64,000 nucleotides of DNA, taken from positions 78,120,001-78,184,000 of the forward strand of contig OX597822.1 of the NCBI GenBank assembly GCA_951406725.2. Reading direction: 5' to 3'. Positions 24,728-37,807 of this stretch are shown piece by piece. Positions within the stretch are counted from its first letter, which is position 1; each line of letters starts with the position of its first letter. The notes below the pieces were generated by a model. The model did no database searches. It was not told the origin of the DNA and saw only the letters and a program-made list of their open reading frames with translations. The translations under genes and the position numbers were made by a program. Origin of the DNA: Octopus vulgaris. Its lineage: Eukaryota.

Positions 24728-26149
24728 ATATATATATATATATATTATCGGATGAATGTGAGTTCATCCTTTAATTGGAATTATTTCCAAATTTCCAAAG
24801 ATTTCTCGTGTCTTATCTTCATACTTTATTTTGGAATTTACTTATGTAAATTTGTATAGGTATGGAAACTCGTATAGAATTAATCAGTATATGATTTAAC
24901 TTATTCAACACAGTTCAACAAATTCATTCATATTCATGTAAATGGAAGCGATTAGATGTTAAAACGGAGTATAGTTTTTATTATTCATGTTGCTAAACAA
25001 TTTGTTTCATACAAAAAGACTCAGATATTCATAAATAGAAAATCGCAATAGTCATATTTGTACTCGTCAGCAGCTGATATAAAAACTAAAAAAGACGTTA
25101 AGAATACAAAGGTTTTCTCTAGGTTATCCTTTTAGGATTAATGTATTCGTTCTTGCAGTCATGCCTATTTGAATCAAGATTAAAAAGTATACAATTACGT
25201 ACTGACATATGTAATATTAAAAAAAACTGACATACTCTCTATAAAATCTTATATGTGTGTCTTTAAAACTCCTTAAATGAATTATATTACTAGTCAGGTT
25301 GTATTTGTATGTACGAATGAATTTTTCAAATACAAATTTGGTTTTTTTCTTAGCCGTCAATTATCCTTTCGACTTCAGAAATTTCTAGAAAAAATGGTCT
25401 TTAATAGTATCCAAGAATAATTTCAGGTTTATAAAATTTATAATTTAAGTATTTATTGTAAATGATAGGTCTAATATTCTTAGACAAAATAAGTATTATA
25501 ATTCGTAATTAATTATCTAGTCACAGTATTGATATGTTTAAGACAATTTAGAAATAAATACTATACGAGTAATAAGGTTTAAATAAAGTCTAAATAAAGG
25601 GGGTTACTTACGTTATAAACTTATGTAATCAAATATAGAGCCATTAGTATATAAGAAAGGTTGTTGTGTTTTTGATAGTTTATATGGAAAATATTTATAT
25701 CATTGTTGATTATGATATGCCATTTTCTATCATCAATTAAACTGTCGACATTTTTGACGACACGGGTATGATCGTATCAAAGTGTTAAAGATAACTTGAT
25801 GTAATGTACGCTGTGGAGAGGGGATAGTAAAAGGGTGGGAGTGATAGAGGGAGTGAGAGAGCGGGAGGGAAGCGAGGGGGGGATTCAATCGGACGCTACT
25901 AGCAGGTGCGTACATACACACACACATGTGAACACTTTAGGTCCACATACACATACACATACACACAGCAGTGTGTATGCGTGTGAAACAGGGCGGGTGT
26001 ATGCGTGTATGTATGCAACACCATTAGTATTTGTGTGTATGGGAACTAAAGGAGAACTTTTCCGATAAATATTGTTTCTTCTCAAGTTATAAATGAGAAA
26101 ATATTCCATTTCGGTATTTCGGTAGTTAAATTTATTTCATGGTGGTGTG

Positions 26150-26202
<53 letters not shown>

Positions 26203-26323
26203 GTATGTATGTATATGTATATATACGTATAAATTATAAATAGAATTGTTAATGGTTGGTTGTAAAGAAACTGCTGAAGACACTCACACACACACACATA
26301 CGCATATATATATATATATATAC

Positions 26324-26364
<41 letters not shown>

Positions 26365-26415
26365 AAAGTGCATGTGTGGTGTTGTGTGTAGAGTGTGTGT
26401 GTGTGTGCGTGTGTG

Positions 26416-26457
<42 letters not shown>

Positions 26458-26719
26458 ATAATTTTGTCTTCTGCACTTTAATTAGAACCACACACTAAGT
26501 ATTAGACGTGCTATTTATAAGTTATACGTATGCATCCGAATAACATATATTTACACATTACCTAATTACATCTACTCATTAGGACAAAAACAAAGTCGAA
26601 TAAATTTGACGAATGACTGGAACTACAGAAATGGAATAAACAATATTTCTCGTAAAACTCTTCTTTTACAAACGCTAATGGTGTTCACACATACATACAT
26701 ACATACATACATACATACA

Positions 26720-26751
<32 letters not shown>

Positions 26752-26789
26752 CACATACATACATACATACATGCATGCATGCATTCCTT

Positions 26790-26821
<32 letters not shown>

Positions 26822-26823
26822 CA

Positions 26824-26855
<32 letters not shown>

Positions 26856-27091
26856 CACATACATACATGCAAACAAACAAAAATACCCTGTTGTTGATGT
26901 TGAAATTCCAATGAAGGAACCTTGGGTCTAGGTTAGAAACAGGTTTTTTCTCTATTGGCAAGAAATCTTGAAATAAACTGAATAATGACATACATACATA
27001 CATACATACATGCAAACAGATATACATATACACTTGTATATGTATATCTAGGTATATATGCGTACATAGAGAGATAGAGATACGTATACAG

Positions 27092-27105
27092 ATAGACAGA
27101 CAGAC

Positions 27106-27140
<35 letters not shown>

Positions 27141-27212
27141 TAGACAGATTGACAGACAGACAGACAGACAAGCAAGTAGGCAGAAAGACAGACAGAGAGA
27201 CAGACAGGTAGG

Positions 27213-27301
<89 letters not shown>

Positions 27302-27306
27302 GATAA

Positions 27307-27380
<74 letters not shown>
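27092..27380. repeat. (GACA)n/(GATA)n compound microsatellite
   Basis: Direct reading. Confidence 0.95.
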
Positions 27381-27604
27381 TGTCAGAAAAAAATACGGTA
27401 TCTCTTCTGATTCTCTTTTACTCTTTTACTTGTTTCAGTCATTTGACTGCGGCCATGCTGGAGCATCGCCTTTTATTCGGGTAAATCGACCCCAGGACTT
27501 ATTCTTTGTAAGCCTAGTACTTATTCTATCGGTCTCTTTTGCCGAACCAGCCATGACCATTACATGAAAGAGCACTAGAATTAGTAGTTCTTTCCATTAC
27601 CAAG

Positions 27605-27885
27605 GTTGCAGAGCTTGATTTAAGGGAAATTTAGTTGCTATTTCTAGTGGCCAAGCCACCATATAGCAGCTTCCTCATTAACTCTAAACTCAGCCTGCAT
27701 TGAGCAGACCTGAGCTTGATTCGAGGGAGATTTAGCTGCTATTTCTTCTAAGTCAAACTATTATAAAGCAATTCTCTCATTAGCTCAAAAGTCAACCGTC
27801 ATTGAGCAGGCCTGTGCTTCATTCGATGGAGATTTAGCTGCTGTTTCTAGTCGGTCGAAATACCATGTAGCAGCACCCTCATTCA
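27605..27885 (+). repeat. Three diverged tandem units of about 100 bp
   Basis: Unit core gatttagctgctatttctag...ctcattagctc...attgagcag; solo cores near 11355 and 46036. Confidence 0.7.
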
Positions 27886-28444
27886 CTTGTTGAACTCTTT
27901 AAAATATTTGACGGCGCTGACCACCGTTAGTTTCTTCGTATTCCATTGTTTTATTACAGACACAGTTAAACCAATGTTAGGATATTTGATGCAGAGGGAG
28001 AATTTAGAACGCTGTTGTTAGACATGTACAAGGTCCAGACATTGCTGGAATACAAAAGAGAAAGATGGCTGGCAAAGCGAGGCTGGCTGACACACGAAGG
28101 AGACGTTGTTTAAAAGGATAACAGAGAAGGAAAGGAGAGAAAGAGATTGAGAGAAAGAATGATTATGGGGAGAGTGGATGAGGCTATCTGAGGACGACAT
28201 CTTTTCAGGATAGCAACAAATAATAACGATAGTGACAATAATCCCGGACAGCCTGAAAAGCAACATAGTTAGCCATGACACAAACGCGAGACAGGTCTGT
28301 AAGGGAAAGTAAATGACATTCAAAATTAACGGCTTTAAAAGAGAATTTAAATAACATGGAAAATAATAAGTTGCATAAAGACGAGAAAAGGGAGAGAGGA
28401 AAATAAACCGAAACGAAATAAAAAAAAAATAATTCAAATAAATC

Positions 28445-28449
<5 letters not shown>

Positions 28450-28488
<39 letters not shown>

Positions 28489-28990
28489 AGAGAGAAGTAG
28501 TAGTAGCAAACGAAAAGGAAAAGACAAGAGGGGAGAAAAAGAAAAGAAGGGAGAAGGAAAAGGAAGAGAAAAAGAAGAGGAGGAGGGGGAAGAAGGAGAA
28601 GGAGGAGGAGGGGGAGAAGAAGAAGAAGAAGAAGAAGAAGAAGAAGAAGAAGAAGAAGGACAACAACAACAACAATGGAAAATAGAGGTGGAAGAGGGGA
28701 AAGGAGGAGGAGGAGGAGAAGGAGGAGAAGAAGAAGAACAAGAAGAAGAACAAGAAGAAGGACAACAACAACAACAAAGGAAAATAGAGGTGGAAGAGGG
28801 GAAAGGAGGAGGGGGAGGAGGAGAAGAAGAAGGACAACAACAACAAAGGAAAATAGAGGTGGAAGAGGGGAAAGGAGGAGGAGGAGGAGAAGGAGAAGAA
28901 GAAGAAGAAGAAGAAGAAGAAGAAGAAGAAGAAGAAGAAGAAGAAGAAGAAGAAGAAGCGGGCGAACAGAAGGAGAACAACAACACCAAA
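28450..28990 (+). repeat. Polypurine tract: (GA)n, (GAA)n, (GGA)n with three internal repeats of about 65 bp
   Basis: Unit gaaggacaacaacaa..ggaaaatagaggtggaagaggggaaaggagga occurs three times. Confidence 0.9.
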
Positions 28991-29037
28991 AATAAGAAAA
29001 GGAAAACAAAAACTACGAAAGCGTTAAACCGACAAAC

Positions 29038-29250
29038 ATGTTTCTGACGCCATTTTCTAAATTAGCAGACGTCGTGCGATATGAGATTTTGACAGTTTCT
29101 CTTTTAAGAAAACATAAAACGAAGAAGATGAGAAAGAAAATGCATAAATGGAGAAGGTTTAAAGCGTCGTAGGTAGAGGCAGGGCGGTGGGGGGCGAGGC
29201 CTGAGTAAGTGGGTAAGACGACGAGAGATCACAAAATCGTTGGTGAAGAA
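29038..29250 (-). promoter_or_regulatory. Candidate gene 5' end (CpG-rich, pyrimidine-rich leader, AAAATGGCG)
   Basis: Non-repeat CpG-rich patch; GGGCGG box near 29182; AAAATGGCG at 29048-29056 followed by a possible GTTTGT donor. Confidence 0.35.
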
Positions 29251-29284
29251 TTATGCAGTTTCAATGCGTGTGTGCATTTTGCCT

Positions 29285-29570
29285 GCGTCACCATGGGCAA
29301 ATGGCTAGGATGTTCGGCTCACGATTGCCAGGTCGTGATTCCGATACCCGTTGGTGTATTGTGACCTTGAGCAAGGCACTTTATTTCACATTGTTCCAAT
29401 CCATCCAGCTGGCAAAAATGAACAGTTCTTGGATTTCAAAAGGCCAGCTTTGTCACATATCCTTGAGAACTACGTTAAGGGTACGCGTGTCTGTGAAGTA
29501 CTCAGCCACTTGCACGTTAATTTCAGAGCAGGCTGTTCAATTGATCGGACCAACTGGAACCCTCGTTTAA
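29285..29570 (+). mobile_element. tRNA-derived SINE with tail type 1
   Basis: gtgaccttgagcaaggcactttatttcac core plus the shared tail. Confidence 0.7.
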
Positions 29571-29972
29571 CCTGCATATGTCCCCAATAACACTTGACAA
29601 CCGATGTTTGTTTATTTAGGTTCCCATAAGTTAGTGGTTCGAGGCAAGAGGCTAACAGAATGATTACCAGACTTGAAAAAATAAGCACTGAGGTCAATTT
29701 GCTTGACTAAACACAGCATGGTCGCAGCCCAATGACTGAAATAAATAAAAGATGAAATACATATATATATATATTGTCGTTGAATGCTCGAAATGAGGAG
29801 TAGATAGACAGTCGACAACTGATGAAGGGTCCTCTCTCTGTGTTTACTTGTCCTGTTTTCCTTTTTTTCTCCTGTTGTTTAGGTATTGCACTCATATTTT
29901 CCTCGCTTGTTAACGTATTTCATGTTATTTGCACCGTTGATGATGTTCTGCACCCATATATGCATATATGTG

Positions 29973-30038
<66 letters not shown>

Positions 30039-30040
<2 letters not shown>

Positions 30041-30182
30041 CGCAGGGTGGATGTGTGGTAAGCTTACTTCGCAACTATATGGTTCCGGATTCAGTCCCAT
30101 TGTGTGGCACCTTCTACTATAGCCTCGGGCCGACCAAAGCCTTGTAAGTTGAATTGGTAGACGAAAACTGAAAGAAGCCTGT

Positions 30183-30222
<40 letters not shown>

Positions 30223-30261
30223 CATATAAAAAATATATATATGTATATGTATATATATATG

Positions 30262-30310
<49 letters not shown>

Positions 30311-30342
30311 ATACATTATACATATATATATACATACATACA

Positions 30343-30378
<36 letters not shown>

Positions 30379-30625
30379 TACATATATATATGTATGTATA
30401 TGTATGTATATATATGTTTGTATGCATTTGTTATCTCTCTGTGTTTGTCCCCCCCCCACCATCACTTGACAACTGATGCTGGTGTGTTTACGTTCCCGTC
30501 ACTTAGCGGTTCGGCAAAATTTATCGACAGAATAAGTACTAGGCTTACAAAGAATAAGTCTTGCGGTCGATTTCTTCGACTAAAGATGGTATTCCGTCAT
30601 GGCCGCGGTCAAAAGAATAAAAGAT
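30039..30625 (+). mobile_element. SINE family A with an expanded internal microsatellite
   Basis: Head at 30039; about 240-bp internal simple repeat; tail to about 30625. Confidence 0.8.
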
Positions 30626-30711
30626 TATATATATGTGTGTGTGTGTGTGCGTGTGTGTGTGTAAACTCTCGGACCTTGAGTCATACTGATACTTCCACTA
30701 CATATTAATAA

Positions 30712-32221
30712 CTAGCAGTATAACCCGACCTTGCCCGGGATTAAGTTACGATTATTAAGCTAATCAAGTTCTTTATTTCAAACCAAACTAAGTAATATAG
30801 ACGTCAAATTTGGGCGAAATACGTTGAAATTAGTTATATTATATATATATTATATATATTATATATTATATATATTATATATATATATATAATATAATAT
30901 AAATATATATGGGTAACAGACACGAACACACATGCACACACGTACGTACGTAACCTGTTGCATGTTTTGTGCACGCATACATATTCATAAACAGAAATGA
31001 ATGGAAAAAATGTTGTTAAATTTTTAGATTAACACTCGCACGATTTTCACTAAAGTATATATACTACTAGCAGCATAACCCGGCCTTGCCCGGGATTAAG
31101 TTACGATTATTAAGCTAATCAAGTTCTTTATTTCAAACCAAACTAGGTAATATCGACGTCACATTTGGGAGAAATATGTTGAAATTAGTTATATTATATA
31201 TATATATATTATATTATAATATAATATAATATAATATAATATAATATAATATAATATAAATATATATGGGCAACAGACACGGACACACATACACACACGT
31301 ACGTACGTACACCTATTGCGTGTTTTGTGTACGCATACTTGTTCATAAACAGAAATGAATGGAAAAAATGTTGTTAAATTTGTAGATTAACATTCGCACT
31401 ATTTTCACTAAGAAAAAAAATCGTTTTTTTTTTTTGTGTGGAATCAACTACTCTGGCCTCCTAATATGCTACAAAACCCTTTTTGTCGTTCGTGAAACGG
31501 AGTGGGGTGCGGTGGAAGCCTCGCAAATTGTACCCATTTATATTGTGTAATTCACTGACAAATTGTTACCTACCTCTTTGTTTCTTTGCTGTTAAATAAA
31601 TGGATTGTCAACAAAACACATTTTTACTCGGCGTAAAATAAATATAAAACTCTTTCGCACCCAAAGTAATGTGTGTGAGAGAGAGAGGGGAGAGAAAGAT
31701 GAACGATTTAAAACAAATATATTGTAATTGTTGTGCGAGAAAGTATATATACTATGATTATAAAATATAATGTCTTTCAAAAACAACCTGAATTTGAACA
31801 CTATATCTCGTGTTTAAGAAAAAACAAAACATTTTACATTTCATTTTTTATGAACGTCGTCACTTACTCTCTCTCTCCCTCTCTCTATCTCTCACTTTGT
31901 CTTTCCATTTTTTGTTTAGACGCTGTGAAACTGCTTCTCTTCCACTTTTCTTTATCTTGTTTTTTTTGTTAGACGCCGTCAAAAAGCTATGGCTGAAAAA
32001 AAATTTTTATCGCTAAAAGTTATGGCTGAATATAGATTTTTACCGCTATCCGCGGGTGCCTCGGGAAAAAAATAAGTTGACAAAACCCAGATAGGGTTTT
32101 GACGAATGTCCTCCTAAAATATGGGCGACATGCGTGCTAATTTGTGGATGTGCATAAACTACAATCACGTACACACACAAACACACACACACACACATCT
32201 TGCCTTATATATATATACAGA
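30712..32221 (-). mobile_element. Non-autonomous Helitron with a duplicated 3' end
   Basis: 5' A|TCTGTATATATATATAAGGCAAGATGTGTG at 32221; 3' hairpin CCCGGGCAAGG(T/C)CGGG plus CTAG|T at both 30712 and 31067 (355-bp period). Confidence 0.85.
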
Positions 32222-32458
32222 TGATTATAAAATATAGTGTCTTTCAAAAACAAAAAACAAAACATTATACATTTTATTTTTTATGAACGTCATAACTTAC
32301 TCTCTTACACACATCCTCCCTTTTATAGATATGTGTGTGCGTGCGTGTATATGTGTATGCATTTACACATACACACGCTTGAATCGGTTAATTCAACTAA
32401 ATCCTTCAAGGCGGTGCCTCAGCTTGGCTACGGTCTACTGACTAACAAGTAAAAGACA

Positions 32459-32510
<52 letters not shown>

Positions 32511-32808
32511 TGTCTTTTACTTGTTAGTCAGTAGACCATAGCCAAGCTGAGGCACCGCCTTGAAGGATTTAGTTGAATTAACCGATTCAAGCGTGTGTAT
32601 GTGTAAATGCATACACATATACACGCACGCACACACATATCTATAAAAGGGAGGATGTGTGTAAGAGAGTAAGTTATGACGTTCATAAAAAATAAAATGT
32701 ATAATGTTTTGTTTTTTGTTTTTTGAAAGACACTATATTTTATAATCATCTGTATATATATATAAGGCAAGATGTGTGTGTGTGTGTGTTTGTGTGTGTA
32801 CGTGATTG

Positions 32809-32816
<8 letters not shown>
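32154..32816. repeat. 663-bp near-perfect palindrome centred on (AT)n
   Basis: Arms of about 305 bp, one substitution seen; a second (AT)n follows at 32815. Confidence 0.95.
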
Positions 32817-32839
<23 letters not shown>

Positions 32840-33249
32840 CGCGAGAGTGCATGTATGACTATGTTCGTATATATACATTATCTCTCTCTCACACACACGT
32901 ACACACGTAATATACAAACACACGCACACACACAAAAGAAATTCGTTTAGAAACATACTTTTCATAGCAGAGCGAAGGTTTTTTTCATTCTTTTCCTTTT
33001 TTCTTCATTTTTCTTTTTTCTTTTTCTTGCTTTATTTTTTTAAAGTTACATACATGTACTTTTAGATAATCGGACGATGATGATCTAAAAATATCAAAAG
33101 GAGAAATGCATATGTGGCTGTGCTATCTATGTTTTACGTGTTTGTGGTACCGTCGTATGCATCTCACCACAGGACGCTTAAAACTAAGTCAGCAGCATCA
33201 CTAGACAGCTTTAAGGAGATTTTCTGTCTGTCTTTAATATTTAGTGCCC

Positions 33250-34140
33250 CGTCAAGGCGAAGAAATTGCAAAATCGGGGTCGATAAATTAAGTACCAGTT
33301 GCATACTGAGGTCCATTTAATCTCCAAAAATTTCGGGCCTGGAGTGCCTTGGATAGGAAAGAATATTTAGTGCTCCGTCAAGGCGGAGAGCTGGCAGAAA
33401 CGTTAGCACGTCGGGTGAAATGCTTAGCGGTATTTCGTCTGCTGCTACGTTCTGAGTTCAAATTCCACCGACGTCGGCTTTGCTTTTCATCCTTTCGGGG
33501 TCGATAAATTAAGTACCAGTTACACACTGAGTTCGATGTAATCGACTTAATCCGTTTGTCTGTCGTTGTTTGTCCCCTCTGTATTTAGCCCCTTGTGGGT
33601 AGTAAAGAAATAGGTATTTCGGCTGCCGCTACGTTCTGAGTTCAAATTCTGTCGAGGTCGACTTTGACTTCCATCCTTTCGGGTTCGATTAAATAAGTAC
33701 CAGTTACGCATTGGGGTCGATATAATCGACTTAATCCGTTTGTCCCCTCTGTGTTTAGCCTCTTGTGGGTAGTAAAGAAATAGGTATTTCATCTGTCTTT
33801 ACGTTCTGAGTTCAAATTCCGCCGATGTCAACTTTGCCTTTCATCCTTTCGCGGTCGATAAATTAAGTACCAGTTACGCACTGGGTTCGATGTAAACGAC
33901 TTAATCCCTTTGTCTGTCCTTGGCAATAAAGAAATAAGAAACGTTAGCACGCTGAGAAAATTGATTAGCGGCATTTCAACTCTCTTTGCGTTTTGAGCTC
34001 GAGTTCCACCGAGGTCGACTTTACCTTTCGTCCTCTCAGGGTCGATAAATTAAGTATCAATGAAACACTGGAGTCCATGTAATCGACTAGTGTCATCCCC
34101 TCAAATTTCCGGACTTGTCCCTTTAGTAGAAAAGATTATC
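33250..34140 (+). mobile_element. SINE family C multimer (about 4-5 core units)
   Basis: Repeated gagttcaaattc..gtcgactttgcctttcatcctttcggggtcgat units. Confidence 0.85.
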
Positions 34141-34142
34141 AA

Positions 34143-34656
34143 CCCATTAACTGCCATTTTTTAAAATTCATATATATTTTTTTGACTTTGCCAAGTGTCT
34201 TAGGAGTTAAAATAATATATAGTATTTAAATTTTCTTTATGTATGAATTATTTTGGGAATTATGATAAATTTTTCGAAAAGTCCCAAATGGGGATCGCTG
34301 AAAAAAAGCACATTTATCCTTTTCTGTTCAATTACAATAATGAACATTTTAGTTGTTTTGAAACTATAGTATCGAATGCGAATTTATATGAAATATCGAT
34401 GAATGATATAGATGGGAAATGCAAAAAAAAAAAAAAAGAGAAAGTTTTCAAAATAGTCATTATTTTTGTATTGCGATTTATGACATAAAATGTCCTCTAG
34501 CCAGAGCTAATAATGACAAACTTTAATTACTAAATATTGTTAAACTCACCTCTGCAAATGCAATGTGCATAAGCAATTCACTTTGAATACAACGAACAAC
34601 CGACAGTGAGACTGTTTTTAGCAGATCCCCAAGTGGGGCTCATGGCAGGCAATGGG
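34143..34656. mobile_element. piggyBac-type non-autonomous element
   Basis: TCAA|CCCATTAACTGCCAT ... ATGGCAGGCAATGGG|TTAA. Confidence 0.7.
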
Positions 34657-34699
34657 TTAAGGAGACTTTCTTTTTGTCTTTAATATGTAGTGCTCCACC

Positions 34700-35060
34700 A
34701 AGGCAACGAGCTGACAAAAACGTTAGCACACCGGGCGAAATGCTTAGCGTTATTTCGTCTGCCGTTACATTCTGAGTTCAAATTCTGCTGAGGTCGACTT
34801 TGCCTTTCATCCTTTCAGGGTCGATAAATTAAGTATCAGTTACGCACTGAGGTCGATGTAATCAACTTAACTCCTTTCTCTGTCCTTGTTTGTCCGCTCT
34901 ATGTTTAACCCCTTGTGGGCAATAAAGAAATAAGAAACGTTAGCATGCCGGGCGAAATGCTTAATTCAACAAATTAAGTACCTGTTGAGTATCGGCGTCG
35001 ATGTAATCGACTGTCCCCCTACCCCAAATTTCAGGCCCTGTGTCTATGGCAGAAAGATTT
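34700..35060 (+). mobile_element. SINE family C
   Basis: Head, core and a deleted second unit. Confidence 0.8.
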
Positions 35061-35554
35061 ATTGCCTCAAATGAAAATTAGGACCTTCCTATTAACATCG
35101 GTGTGAAAATTCGAAATTGATTTCTTTTCTCTGTCTTGCTAAAAATTCTAAAATTACAAATCTTGTTAAAATTCTTTTAAATGATTTTGTTTTAAGACAA
35201 ATAACTACATTCTTTATATTTACACAACATATATACAAGTAAACTCTGTTGAAATTTGTGTTTAAATTTTCTGATTCTAAAGCATAGAAATAAAAATAAA
35301 TGTGTAACGAATGACGATCAAAATTTTTTTTAATATAAATATTTTACATGTGTGTACGTGTGTATATGTGTATGTATATATGTAAGTACATATGTGTATA
35401 AACAGAAATAGATATATTGGGACTCATACAGAGAACGATAGATTGACATTCAACTGCATAGCTACATATATATTTATATAGGTAACTGAGTGCACATATA
35501 TATGTATTTGTGTGTATGTGTATGTGTGTGTTTACATGAGCGTGAATATACATC

Positions 35555-35627
<73 letters not shown>

Positions 35628-36237
35628 ATATATCACATGATATATATGATATATATCAGATGATATATATATATATATATATATATATATCATGTGATTA
35701 TGCATATCATGTAATCATGTGATCGACCAGACTATCGGATGTTATACATCGCTGGTCACAATGCGTTTTGCATTGCTTTAGCCTTCGAATGATGTGGTTA
35801 GGCTAACATTCCCCACTCACTCTTGTCGGAAGGCTAGTCCGTCGCAGGGTGACTCTTTTACAGCTGGGTGGACTGGAGCAACTGGAAAGGGATTGTTTTG
35901 CTCAGGAACACAACCCGACGCTCGGTCTGGGAATCGAACCCAAGACCTAGCGATCGTGAGTGCAACACCCTAACAACTAGTCCACATGTATTATCTGAAT
36001 ATCTTTTACAGTTTACAAGGCAAAGGTTGACAGTGGATGAATATGTGACACCGTAGATCGGAAATAACCACGAAATATCGATATATGTGAATCATTAATT
36101 TCCTGGGTGGTTTCGTTTCGCCTAGTTTTGACGCATGCTGTATTTTTTTTTTAACATGATACGTCTTTAAAGGGATCCCTCTCAGACGAAATACCGCAGC
36201 TTTGCAGTGTTTATTAATACATACATTTTCTGTAGTA

Positions 36238-36640
36238 TTACTCTTTACTCTTTACTCTTTTACTCGTTTCAGTCATTTGACTGCGGCCATGCTGGAGCAC
36301 CGCCTTTAGTCGAGCAAATCGACCCCAGGACTTATTCTTTGTAAGCCCAGTACTTATTCTATCGGTCTCTTTTGCCGAACCGCTAAGTGACGGGGACGTA
36401 AACACACCAGCATCGGTTGGTGGGACAAACACAGACACACAAACATATACACACACTTATATATATATACATATATACGACAGGCTTCTTTCAGTTTCCG
36501 TCTACCAAATCCACTCACAAGGCATTGATCGGCCTGGGGCTATAGCAGAAGACACTTGCCCAAGATGCCACGCAGTGGGACTGAGCCCGGAACCATGTGG
36601 TTGGTTAGCAAGCTACTTACCACACAGCCACTCCTGCGCC
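36238..36640 (-). mobile_element. SINE family A, full length
   Basis: Reverse complement of 18320-18710. Confidence 0.9.
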
Positions 36641-36819
36641 TATTGGTAATGTTTACATTATTAACTGCTTCAAGTACAAAATTTCGAATGGTTGTCTATG
36701 TGTGTATGTGTGTGATTTTTCTTTTACTCTCAGTACCAGACGTATGCTTCGCTCTCATTGGACAAATATATCCACTTTTGGGTGTTCGATATATTTGCGA
36801 AAATTCATCAATAGACCCG

Positions 36820-36976
36820 TAAATGGCTGTGTGGTAAAAAGCTTGCTTTCCAACCAAATGGATCCGGGTTCAGTCCCACAGCGTGGCACCTTAGGCATGT
36901 ATCTTCTGCTATAGCCTCGAGCCGACCAAAGCCTTGTGGGTGGATTTTGTAACCGGAAACTGAAAGAAGTCCGTCG

Positions 36977-37038
<62 letters not shown>

Positions 37039-37041
37039 TGC

Positions 37042-37081
<40 letters not shown>

Positions 37082-37280
37082 GCGTGTGTGTGTGTCTCCA
37101 CCATCGCTTGACAACCGATGTTGGTGTGTTTACGTACCGTAAACTAGTAGTTCGGCAAAAAAAGACCGATAGAATAAGTACTAGGCTTACAAGGACTAAG
37201 TTCTGGAGTCGGTTTGTTCAACTAAAGTCGGTGCTCCAGCATGGGCGCAGTCGAACGACTGAAACAAGTAAAAGAGTAAA
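36820..37280 (+). mobile_element. SINE family A
   Basis: Head-to-head with the previous copy. Confidence 0.85.
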
Positions 37281-37520
37281 TGCGTAATAGGAATTAAATA
37301 ACATTCGTATGAAATACGCAGCCACTTACGTTTCAATCATTTTGCTTATTAACGGGGTTAAACAGGATATGCGTGTCATATTCATAGTTAGTTCAGCTCT
37401 TCACTGCTATGTACGCAATTGTAAGGAATGAAGCAAGGTGCCTTTGTGTTTAAGAATCCTGGAATGACCTCTGACCTACATATATATACACGTTATATAT
37501 ATGTACATGTATGTATATAC

Positions 37521-37573
<53 letters not shown>

Positions 37574-37688
37574 ATGTATGTATGTATATATATATATATG
37601 TATGTATATGCATGTGTGTATGTATATATCTGAACACACATACACACACACACACACACACCCATATATATACATATACATACACATG

Positions 37689-37726
<38 letters not shown>

Positions 37727-37807
37727 CAATCTGAATAATAACCTTATAGTGTGCTTTGCAAAGCTCCTCCCCAGATATCGACTACCAGATGTCATCATCT
37801 GGTAAGA

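Noticed and set aside
28018-29047. Long poly-S/L/F/R/E ORFs, up to 323 aa
   Set aside because: Stop-free purine/pyrimidine simple repeat that is open in five frames; no domain signal.
33380-34140. CRISPR-like repeated palindromic units
   Set aside because: Units of about 180 bp have no unique spacers and no cas genes; they are SINE concatemers in animal DNA.
37330-37475. Possible minus-strand exon (AG...GTAAGT)
   Set aside because: Weak acceptor inside a microsatellite; no recognisable peptide or partner exon.
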